Source of the DNA: a virus
DNA: 64,000 nt
IMG/VR virus record: IMGVR_UViG_3300035188_001035
Span: 28,963 to 92,962 of that record
Direction: 5' to 3' (one strand)
Each line of letters starts with the position of its first letter. Positions within the stretch are counted from its first letter, which is position 1. Of this stretch, positions 30,731 to 42,700 are shown piece after piece. The notes under the pieces were generated by a model, which was not told the DNA's origin, ran no database searches, and was given only the letters and a program-made list of their open reading frames with translations. The position numbers and the translations under genes are program-made.

Positions 30731-33700
30731 CTATCTTCTTATATTAATATTAATACCTGGCATAGCGTCTCTGATCGCATTTTCTACAGCGCCGATAACT
30801 TCATCTCTGAGTTGTGGCATATCTTGTTGTACAGCTTCTCCATTCATTTCAACAGTGACATTTACTGGTATAGATCCATTAATATTCAATGATATGTTTG
30901 ATGGTATTCTGGATATGGCTCTTTCCAAAGATCGTAATGATGTATTAAATCCATTAATAGTGTTATTAAAATTATTGGATGCTGAATTTATAGATGCTGC
31001 CGCAACACTAAGTTTAGCCGCGCCAGACTCTATACTATTTAATTGTCCAAAGGCTGAGGATATCTTATTACCCGTTTGAACAAAAGAGTCAATTACGGAT
31101 TTTAATGAATCCACAGATCTACTAAAGTTGTCAAATGCACTATTTAACGATTCAATATCTAATACACCACTTTGACTAGGACGGCCACCGCCACTATTAC
31201 CTCCAGCACCGTATGATCCTATCATTCCACCATTTTGAAAATAGTCTGGATTTTGACCATTATTAATAGACTTTAATAGTGATAGATTATTCTTAGTAGA
31301 TTTAGCATTTACAACAAATTCACCAGGAGTTAGCATAGCAGGAACAGTATCAGTACCTTTAGGTTTAAAGTTAATATATTTTCCATCATTAGCATATATT
31401 AATCCACCATTAGCATGGTGCTGAATATCAATAGAATGAGCATACTTTTCTTGGGCTATCTTTGCTGCTTCAATACCTAATTTATCAGCAAGAGGGGACA
31501 AATGAAAATGAACTTCTTTTCTAAACAAATCCATTAATTTTATGGATTCTAATGTAATTGGAACATCTGTTGCTATGGCTCTGCTAGTACCGGGTGGAGC
31601 GCCTGGTCCTTCTATAAATGTATTAGGTCCCTCCACCGCTTTGATTTTAGCTTTGTTTTTTATTTCCTCTACCCAGCTAATTAATGCATCTTCATCAGCA
31701 CCAGTACGTGTTGCATATGTATCGATTGAATTATTCAATACGTCTTTTATGGTTTCTCCTGGTTTGGGTTGATAACCAGCTGCGGTTGATAATTCATCAG
31801 CATACATTCTAGCAGCTAAATTTGATTGATCTGTTACACGAGCTATATTAGATTCAAGAATTGGCTCACTTGTTCTCGTTAAGACCAATCTAGCATCTGT
31901 GATAGGAGTAGTACCATCCCACGCATATCTAATGGCTGTTTGAGCAGCTTCTTCTAGAGTTGTGGTTGATGGTAATGAGCCTCGGGGAACATTAGTTTCG
32001 GTACCAACATATTTACCAGGACCTAGGTTACCCATACCTGGTCTATTGGGATCTGTGAATTTAGGACTCTCTCCAAATTCTCCTATAAAAATACCCTTGC
32101 TATCTCTCATTTGAGCATCAGGCAAATCTGCCCATGGATATTTAGTGCCATGAACACCAGCCACTTCTGCTTCTCTCATTCTTTGAGCAAGATTTTTTGC
32201 AGCTAACTCGATATCTGCTTCATTTGGTTTAAAATTAGCTCCTTCAAGTAATCGTGCATTGGCTTGTTTACTTAAATGTTTGGACATGCCTAACTCTGCT
32301 AATTTAAATGCTCCATGAGCAGCAACTGTAAAAGCGGCCATTAATAAAGCTTCTTTTGCTCCTTCATTATCTCCTGTAGCATATGCTATTCCGGCAGCGG
32401 TTGTTGGAGCGCCAGCTTCAACAGCGAATGCTGCTCCGGTTCCTAATCCGGCTGTTCCTATCATTGTGGCCATAACGGCAGGATCAGCAACACTCAAACC
32501 TAATTCTACAGTTTTTCCAACTATGGGTAAACCAGTAATATCAGATACAACTTGTCCGGTTTCACTAGGAACGCCGGTAAAAACTTCCCCTTTTTTATAG
32601 TCTTTACCAGCATTGAGCAACTTTCGTGTTTGTCTAGCGGTAATTTTAGGATCTGGTGGAGTAAAGATTCCGTTTAGTTGTTCTTCAAAAAATTCTCTCC
32701 ATAAACGACCATTAAAATATCTACTATATCTTTTTTCTGCTGCTTTTCTTCTTTTTATTTCTTCTTCAGTAATTGTTGATTGTGACAGATCCATCATTGG
32801 CGATCCACCAGCATATGGATTTGGTCCAAGATCTTTAATTTCTCCTCCAAATGGATTATATTTTTTAAGTGGCTTGTTTGTTCCATCAGCAAAATAATTC
32901 ATGCCATTTTTTTGTAATGAACCACCACTATTTATACTCTTAAGTAATGGTAAGTTCTTTCTGGTGGCTTCACGATTAACAACAAATTCACCCGGAGTCA
33001 ACATTGCCGGAACAGTATCGCTACCTTTTGGTTTAAAATTGATGTATTTACCAGTACTAGCATATGTGGTTGGTAATTTTGTATTGTTTGATGTTAATGC
33101 TTTAACTGCGGCCCCTTCTAAATCCTCTCTATCAACAGTTCTTAATATTTCAGCAATAGTATCTAATTTTTTATTTGTTAATACTAGAGCATTAGTAAAC
33201 GAATCCTGTATAACGCTAGGCTTTAATACTGTTGCTGGATCAGGAGCAGCACCGGCAGGAGCAGCACCGGCAGGAGCAGCAGGAGCAGCAGGAGCGGCAT
33301 TACCAGCGGCAGGAGGTTCTGGTTTATTAGGATCTCGTTTTAATTCAAATTCTTGTGGTTTTATAGATTCTTTTAATAGTTTGGCAGATTCTGTTACGGT
33401 AGCTGACCATAACTGAGCAGATTTTTCAACCTCAGTAAATAAAATATTAGCACCAGCTTCCATTCTTTCTTTTAATTGTTCTGTGGCTTTACGTTGCTCT
33501 TCAAATAACATTCTAGCACGACCAACCTCAGCTTCTATTTCAGGATTTTCTCTGCCTGGACGTAACCCTAATTGATTTTTAATAAAGTCTAAAGTTGCAG
33601 CTAAAGTTGGATCTTCTCTACCTATTTTTGTAAGTACATTATCAAAAAATTGCTTAGTAAGTTCTTCTCCTTGTGCTTGTGGCACCATTGAAACGATTTT

Positions 33701-36700
33701 TTCAAGGCCAGCTACTGCTTGAGGTAATTCAAAATTTTGAATATTACCAGTTAATGCTCTAGAATATGCGTCTACAGAATTGACAAAATCCACTTGCCAT
33801 TCTGGATTATTAACATTTTTGATAATATCGGTAAGAATATTACGACCACCCTGTTGTGCTTGCCTTAAATCTTGAATTTTAGCCAATGACAATGCTGCTC
33901 TTTGACCATCAGTAGCTAACTTATTTAGGGCTAATCTTAATTTTTCACCTTCGGCAGTAATTTTACCAAGTTTATTAGTTAATAATGATACTTCTTTCTC
34001 TCTATCTTTTTGGTCTGGTATTGTGGCTGCCCTATCAAGTTCTTTTTGAATACCAGCCCGTAAATCATCAGCAAAATCTAAACGTTTTCTAATCTCTAAT
34101 GGATCTAATGTTCCAGCTTGTCTTATACCAGCACCAGCAGCACCTTGATCTTGTGCAATATTAGGGATAGTGGTTAGTCTACTGATTTCATCATTAAATG
34201 GCTTGAATAATCTATCCATTGAAACTGTTCTATTTAAAGCTTTATCGATACTGTTGGCTCCTTCTGTTCTAATTTTTCCAGCTTGAATTTCTAGATTAGT
34301 GATTTGAACTAGAGCGTCAGAATATTCTTGTAGTCTTTGATTAACCTCATTTAGTGTTTTTAATCTGGCTTCTTCACTTCGTTTTAATACGGGACTTAGT
34401 GCAACAACTTGATCAATAACATTTTTTAAAGCTTTTTGATCATTTATCAAATCTTTAGCATTAGCTAATGGACCACCCTCTCTACTAGGCTTGGTAATAA
34501 GATCTGATACTTTACCACCAATAGATTTGGCAAAATCTTCACCAACTACATTTTTAAGCGCATCAGTAACTTCGTTAGCAATAAATGCAGTATCAACTTC
34601 GTCTCCGGGGTCTCTTGCTCCTAGTGTAGCATTTCTGGCTATTGATTTACCAATAATATTTGGTAGATCTTGAGTTAGAATTTTTTCAGTTAAAATTCTT
34701 TGTTTAAAAACATCTGTTAATTCTTTATCAAAACCTAATCCACCAGTAACATTCTGAATTGCTCTGGCAATATCATCATTAGATGAGGCAAGTAAATTAT
34801 TTAAAACTGTTAAGTTTTTATTACTAGCTTTAGATATTGTTGCTTTACCACCAAGTCTAGTACCAATAGATAATTCTCTGTCTCTGGCAGCATCCTGGAA
34901 TACATCACTAGCTTTGTTAATAGCAGCTTCAAAAACATTTAACGCATTATTTAATCTGTCTACTTGTATTCTTGTTACAGTTCCTAGTCTATCAGCTTCT
35001 GCTTGTTTTAATATCGGCTCTCCTGCTCTACCTAATGCTCTTAATCCTGATTCTATAGCATTTTTAACTTCTTTATTAAGATTAGGATCTTGCTTTTTAA
35101 TAGCATCAATAATTTCATTAAAACTTAATTCGTTAACTTTAATATTCTGATTGATTCTGTCAATTTCTGCTGTGAGAGTTTTTTCAACATCCGGAGTTCC
35201 TGCTCTTGCGCTAATTTGTTTTTGTTGATCAATATATTTTTGTAATACTAGCTCTAATTTAGTAGATTCTATAACATTTTCTGCTCGTGCTTTTTGTCCA
35301 GCGTCTAGTGCGTTTACAAAATCACGAACACTAGTTTCGGGTGTTTCTCCTATAGTTACTCCTTGCGCATTGCGTAAGCCAGCTTCTTCAAGTTTTATTC
35401 TTTGCGCAGACTCTAGTATACCTGAAGCTTCTGTAAAAAATTGTGATCTTTCTATTCCAGTAAGATCTTTTCCTTGTGTTAGTCTATTTTGCAAATCTTT
35501 CAATGGAACATTAGCTAATTCCAAAGGAGCATATTTGATAGCTTGTTCTGCTAATGGAGAACTCAATAGGTTTTGACGCTGCTTTTCATTTTGAGCTGTA
35601 CTAGAAAATATTGATCTTAGTGCAACAGCAGCAGCAGCTAATGCTGCAAATGCTCCTTTAACACCAAGAATAGTACCGCCAAAGGATCCAATAGCGGATA
35701 TCGTTTTACCTAGTGTTAATCCAGTAGCTCCACCAGCAGCAGTCTTTGCTGCTACATCTGCCATAGCACCAGCGGGCCAAGACGTAGCAGCCGTTGTAGC
35801 TGCACCGCCACCACCAACACTAATTAATCCACCCAATCCTGTAGCGGCCGCTGCTAAACCAGCAAAAATAGCTGTAACTCCAGAAACTCTAGCACCTAAT
35901 CTATAAATTTCATCTTCTGTTCGACCTGTTGTTCGATAAAAATCAGCATCAAATGGATTAAAAGTATCAGATAATGTTCCAAAATATCCTGTACTTGGTC
36001 TTCCTGCTGTTTTATCTTCCGTAGCAAATCCTTTTAATACAACTGTAATAGGTACGTTTGGTGGAACAAACGCTTGATACATACTTTCGCCAGCACCGGC
36101 TAGTGCAGCCTCGACCACACCACCTCTGGACATATAGGTTCCATTATTAATGGATTTTAATAAACTTAGATTTTTACTAGTTGCTTTTTTATTAACGACA
36201 AATTCACCAGGAGTAAGCATTGCTGGAACAGTATCGGTTCCTTTGGGTTCAAATACGTTGCCGCCCTTAGCATAGTATGCTATTTTTCCTCCTCTGCTCT
36301 TACCAGTAGCTGCTTTAGCAAGACTTAATCCCGCAAGAATGGCTTGTACTGTTATAAATGCAGTCGCTGCTTCTTTCGCTGCTCTACCAAGATTCAATAA
36401 CCATGTTCTTGTTTCTTCTGCGGTATTTCTACTAATATCTCCAACTTCTCTATTTATAGCAGCGTACTCCTTGATAATCTCTGTTCTTAGCTCATTAAAT
36501 CTTCCTCTGTCACTTGGATTCTGAATTTCTTTAAAGAGTTCAGCAAGATTAGCTTCACTTGTAGCAACCCTTTTATTGGTCAGTTCCATCTCCTTACCAA
36601 TTTGGCCCTCTATAAATCCTTGTGCTCCACCCAATGCTAATCCTGTAAGACTAGCAGCACCAACACCTAATGGACTCATGCCAGCTGATTGAGCTAATTT

Positions 36701-39700
36701 GGCAAATCCAACCGCTGCTCCACCAGCCTCACTTAATCCTTTAGCTAAACCAGCAGCATTTGTGCTTGTTGATAATGATGTTCCAGCTAATTTATCTAAA
36801 TTTGTATAAATGTCCGGTAGTCTTGAGCCTAAAAACATAGATGCCCCACCAATAACAGAAACAAAACCACCAGCAGCTTCTGTTGCTTTGCCTAGGTTTT
36901 CAGCAAGTTTGGGGGCTTGTTTTTCTAATAAACCAATGCCAGGAAATCTATTACCTCCAAGATATTCACCAGCTCTACCTAATGGGGTCTCTATAGAGGC
37001 TTGTAAATCTCTAGCATTACCATAACGGAATCTACCAGCATTGACTGATCTTTGTGCGCGAATATCTAGCTCATCAGGGATCATCTCTGGTAATAAAGTA
37101 CCTACTGTTTCCGTTGCTTTTTTAACTGCTATATCTAAAGCAATAAGATCGTCTATCGGAGAATTAAGAGCCTTATTTAATTCTGTTGTACCACTCACGA
37201 TATCACTAAAAGATTCTTTCAACTGTATACGTTTAAATACATCTTCTAATACTGCATTTAATTTATCAGTATCTATTTCTTCACCAAATAGTTTATAAAT
37301 ATTTTGAATATTTTGTCCAGCGGGTTCTAGTGCATCTGGATTCCCTGTTTCTCTAGCGATACGTATGTAGGCTGATAATTCTTTCTGTTGTTGTTCTATT
37401 GATCTTCTAGTAGTAATTGCTGTTTTAATAATACTATCTTTAATTTTATCGCTAATACTATCTAATGATTGACCTACTGCTGATGAAACATCAATAAACT
37501 TAGCCTTAGCTTCATCTAATTGAGATATTTCATCTAATACTCTTGCAAATTCAACACCACCATCTGATGCGTCTGCTGATGGAGATGCTCCTGCCAATCT
37601 AGCTTCTTTACCAACTTCTGTTAGTCTCCATGAACTCGAAGCAATATTACCCTTAGCTTTACCAATTTCCCAACCAGCCATTCTATCAATCATTTCTTGT
37701 TGTAGTTGTGGATCACTCAAAGGATCAGCTAGTCTATATTTATTAGAGCTTTCTGATGGATTTTGTTTTAAATGTAGTTGTTTACCAATATCCCACATTG
37801 CCCATGATTGACTAATACCAAATTGACTAGGTTGTAATCCTATGTCGCCCAATTGTTTTTTCAGAGTCTCTTGCATAGTTTTAGCAAGATCTTCTATGGG
37901 CTTAATATCTCCAAGTGCATTTGCAGCATCAGCTAATGCTTTGGCATATTTCATTCCGTTATCTGTTATGGCGGATTGAACACCAGTAACATCGCTATAA
38001 TTAATTAGACTTACAAAATCTTCTGGTTTATATTTAGCTCCACCACCTTCAGCAAATCTTTGTATATTTCCAACAATTCCACCAGTATTATATCCTTGTA
38101 TTTTATCAGCTTTATTTAATCGATGTAATTGAGAATACCCTATCTTTTGAGCGGCTTTTTTATTGATAACAAACTCACCAGGAGTTAATAGTGCTGGTAC
38201 AGTATCTTGTGCTGATCCTCCTTTAGCAAACTTAGAGGCACTAGCAGCGAAATAATTTGCTGCTAATGAACCACTATTCATTGATTGATCCATTCGGATT
38301 ACACTATTAGGATCACTAATTAATGATGGTTGTTTACTATATCCGCTTTGTAAAACCCATGCAGGATCATCAAATGGCGGCCAAGTGTCTTCTGGTCCAT
38401 ATAATTTTGGATCGATTAGTGCTTGGTTTTTTGTCCAATCTTCTGGTTTTAATAATGGTGTTTTACGAACATCTGGTCTATTATTAAAATAATATTCCCA
38501 AACACCTTTAGCGTCTCCACTAACAGATGATCTATCAGATGTAAGCATAGCACCATTAGCAGTAGCAGCTTCCATCACAACATCATATAATCTTGGTCCA
38601 TATCCACCAGTAGCTTGAGATATTCCAACGTAATATAAATAGTCTCTCATCTTGTATGCTGAAACATTACCAGATCTTTGATTATTTCTAAAATATGTTG
38701 CTGAAATGGATGATCCGTCGTCTCTTAAGCCAATTTTTCCATATTCTTTTTCTGTTTGTTTCTGACCGTCAACAGTAGCAACTCCGCCATCAGCAAATTT
38801 TGGTAATGTTTTATAAAAATCAGGATTTAATCCTGCTGTACTAAATATATTAGACAATATTCTAGTAGCTTCAGAATCCCCTTCAGAAGATGCTCCTATT
38901 AATACTGGAATAGCTTCTAATCGTCCAAAATCTTGTTGAGCTTGTGCTATTGTTTTAAATGATTCTTCTGGTGTGACTTGTGATTTAATTCTTTTTTTAA
39001 CCGCAGCTGAAGCTGTTTTCGCTATTGTTGATGGATATGGTGAACGAGATCGTGGAGTTGGAAATAGATTATTTAATGTATAATTGCCAGGACCTGTCCA
39101 AGAAGATGATCCGGAAGCGTACCAAGCTTCAATATCTTTATATGACATTTCAACAGCAGAGAATAATTTATCCATTATTTCTGGATAATTATCATATAAA
39201 TATCCTTGAATATCATGAAAAGATTCGTGAGCTAATGTTCCACGATGCGCAGCACCCTTTAGATTAATAACATCTTCATTACCTTCGAATGCTAGATTTT
39301 GATCAACAAATGATTTTAGAGCATCATATTCTTGATTTGATAATAATGACTTACTTTTTTCTATTCTGCTTCTTAAAGCTTTAAATAATAATCCACCAGC
39401 ATAATATGCTTTTTCTACAGTATTTACGGCCGCCTGCCCAGGGTCTGCTGTTATAATTTCAATAGGTTCTGGTTTACCTGATGGTTGTTTTAAGAATCCT
39501 GTTTCTGTTAGCATTTCGGGTGGAAGAATACTAGATAGTATTTCTTTGTATCTTTGTATCGCTTGTCCTTGCGGACTTTGCGATGCAGACATTGCTTCAG
39601 TTAACATTCCACCCCGACCAAATTTCTTATAATATCTTTCTATTTCAGACCATAGCCTACCTTCTGCTGAATTATTATTAGTAACTTTAATATCTGATGG

Positions 39701-42700
39701 CATATTAGATGGAACATCCCAAAAATTAGCATATGCTCCGACACCATTAGGATAATCTATAGGACGTAATGGATTATCATCATCTTCAGCACTAATATTA
39801 ATACCTAGTCTCTTAGCTAATTCTTCTGCATTAGCTGCCATCATAGTGGTACGATTGCGTCTTGATGAAGCAGAAGATGGATCGTAGCCTGTTGGTTCAG
39901 TATAGGCTATTGCTCGACCTTGTGGATAACCTAAACCACGAGGTCTATTTTTAATATCTTCTACTGTGGCAACCCTATCATCAATTAGAGTTTCTAAAAA
40001 TGAAAGATTATCAATCTTATTTTCTGCGCCACTTACACCAGTGATTTTGTCACTAGAGATTGGTAAACCAAGTCTATTTAAAGTATCAGATAGTAACGGA
40101 GCATTGCTCTGTGGTCTAGCACTTAATATTCTGATACTATCTAATAATTCTGGAGTTTGTTGTACTCTACGCTTTAATTCTTCTCCTAGCAATGTTAATT
40201 CTGCTGCTTCTAATCCTTGTTTAACTAGATTTAGATCATTAAATTTAGCAAAATCAATTCCACCATTAGCACCAGCAAATAAACTTTCATCACTATTTAC
40301 AAGTGTTTTATCAAAATCAAAAGCTAATGGAGTACCCGTACCAAAAATATCAGTATATTGTAATGCTTCAGCAGCTCTAGTTGGAGCACTAGCTAGTTCA
40401 TTTTCTATGTCTGATATTGCTTTTTGATATCTTGATGGTAATCCTTTCATTACAATTTGTGTTAAAAGTTTTTGTCCACTGCCTGTTGTTAATTCTTTAA
40501 CTTCGCTTAAATCGTTATATCCAACAGGATATATACTTAGCAAACCAAATTTATTAGCAATACCAGCCTGTGCTTGTAACCCAGCTTTTTTCATAGCATT
40601 TGCTTGGGCTTCTTTATATCCAGCCTCTGCTTCTTCTACAACTTTAGTTAATGCTGGAATATATTGAGATCTATCTCCGAAAATATCTGGTTTGGTTTTT
40701 CGTAACCATCTAGAGTCTACTAATTGACTTGCTGTTGGTTTTTTAGTTAAACCAGAACTAGTCATAATATCGCTAATTTCTGGTTTAGATATATACTTAT
40801 ATAGATCTGTAGTACCTCCAAGATCTTGTATTCTTTTTAGCAAATCATCTAAACTTGATGGTTGTTGTGCATTGGTTTGCGAAGTCATTTCCTCTGCAAC
40901 TCCACCAGCCATCAATTTTTGAATAATACCACCACGATTAAACAATCCTGCTTGATTAAATTTTTGAGGACTTGCCCAATATACTGTTGCTGGAGGAAGA
41001 TTGTTTATTTTTTCCAATTCTTCTACTTTAACATTTGGTACGTTTCCAGGATTTTTGATAACACTTTGTTCAAATAAATAGTTTTTAGCAGCTATAGTTT
41101 GATCATTATTACCTTTTAGTGAATCTGGATCTGCATATTCTGATCCCTTTTCCATAAATTTAGATTCTGATCGTTGTGATGGAAAATCCAATAAAGCCCA
41201 TTTTGATTTTGTATCTTGTTGTAATCCATATTCATTTGATACTAAATCTTCAAATTTTTTCCATGGTCTGTCTTTTGATGCTTTCCATTTTTTAATAGCT
41301 GCTTTACTAAGTTGACTTGGATCAATATAAACATCTTTAGATGCGTCTTTAATTGTATCATTTTCGACTTCATCATATCCAAAAGCATATGATATTGATG
41401 GATATATATTGGCTAGATCTTTAACTTTACCACCATAAGCATATTTATTAATTTTTTGTAAGTTATTAGCACCAAGAGTTTCAACAGCCTTTTTACGAAT
41501 TACGAACTCTCCTGGCATAAGCATAGCTGGTACGGTGTCTCTACTTCCCGTTCCGGGAACAACACCACCTCTTGCAAAAGCTAATACTTTACCGCCACTA
41601 TTTAATTCGGTAGTAGGTCCTGTGGTACCACTTCTATTAATAGTATTTTCTAATGATCGTATAGCTGATGTGACATTAGTAAGAGCAGTAGTATTCTCTG
41701 ATAAAACAGTTTCTAGTCTAGCATTAATAGTAGAATCAGTTTTTTCTTTATTTCTAGCTGATCCTAATAATGTTTCTAGAATATTACCGGATTGTGTATC
41801 TGTATTTTCTGGAGTTTTTCGTACACCGCTTAAAAATCCACCAGCAAATTGTGTTGCTGCCGATGCTGCTTTGATACCCCCAAGAATAGCTAAGTAGGGT
41901 AATAATGGTTGAAATGCAGAAGCGACTTTAATAAGAGTACTTGTTAATGTTAGTCCCAAACTTATAAGATTTTGAAATGTTTTATTTCTACCAAGGGCTT
42001 CGACAAAAGCTAAAAATTCTTCTCTGGTTTTGCTAAATTGCACAGCAAGTGCTGACTGAGCTTGAATCGCACTACTACTTAAGCTTCCTTGACCTTGTTG
42101 AGCTATATTTAAAGCTTCTTGTGCGGTAGCAAATTGTTGTATTAGTGGAATAACTTTGCCAATTTGTCTAAAACCACCAAGTTCTTCTGCAATTGCAGCA
42201 AATTCACCGCTTCTAGGATCTAATCTGGATAAGCCTTCACTAAGTCTTCTAACAGCTTCATAAGCTCCAACAAATTTATCTTGTGCATTAGTGAGCTCGA
42301 TCCCGAAGTCTCTTAATGCTTCGATAGTAGATCCTCTCTGCACTCTAGTAAAAATAGTTCTCAATCCTGTCGCAATAGTTTCTGCACTTTCACGAGTAGT
42401 AGCACGAATACTTGTAAATACAGCAATAAATTCATTTAAGGCATCTGATCCTTCACTAACACCTTTGCTAGCTGTTGCGAACACACCACCCGTTCTTTGA
42501 ATAGCACTAATAATATCGCTAGATTCTACAGCAAATGCGGCCGCAACAGCATTGATTGATCCTAGAACACTTTCTAAATCTCTTGTTTCAATACCAAATT
42601 GTCTAAATGCAGCGATAGCTCCTTCTGTTGTTTCTGTGATACTATCAAACGATGGAGCTAAAGCAGATTTGGCTAAAGCTTCAAGAGCATCTTTTGTTTG

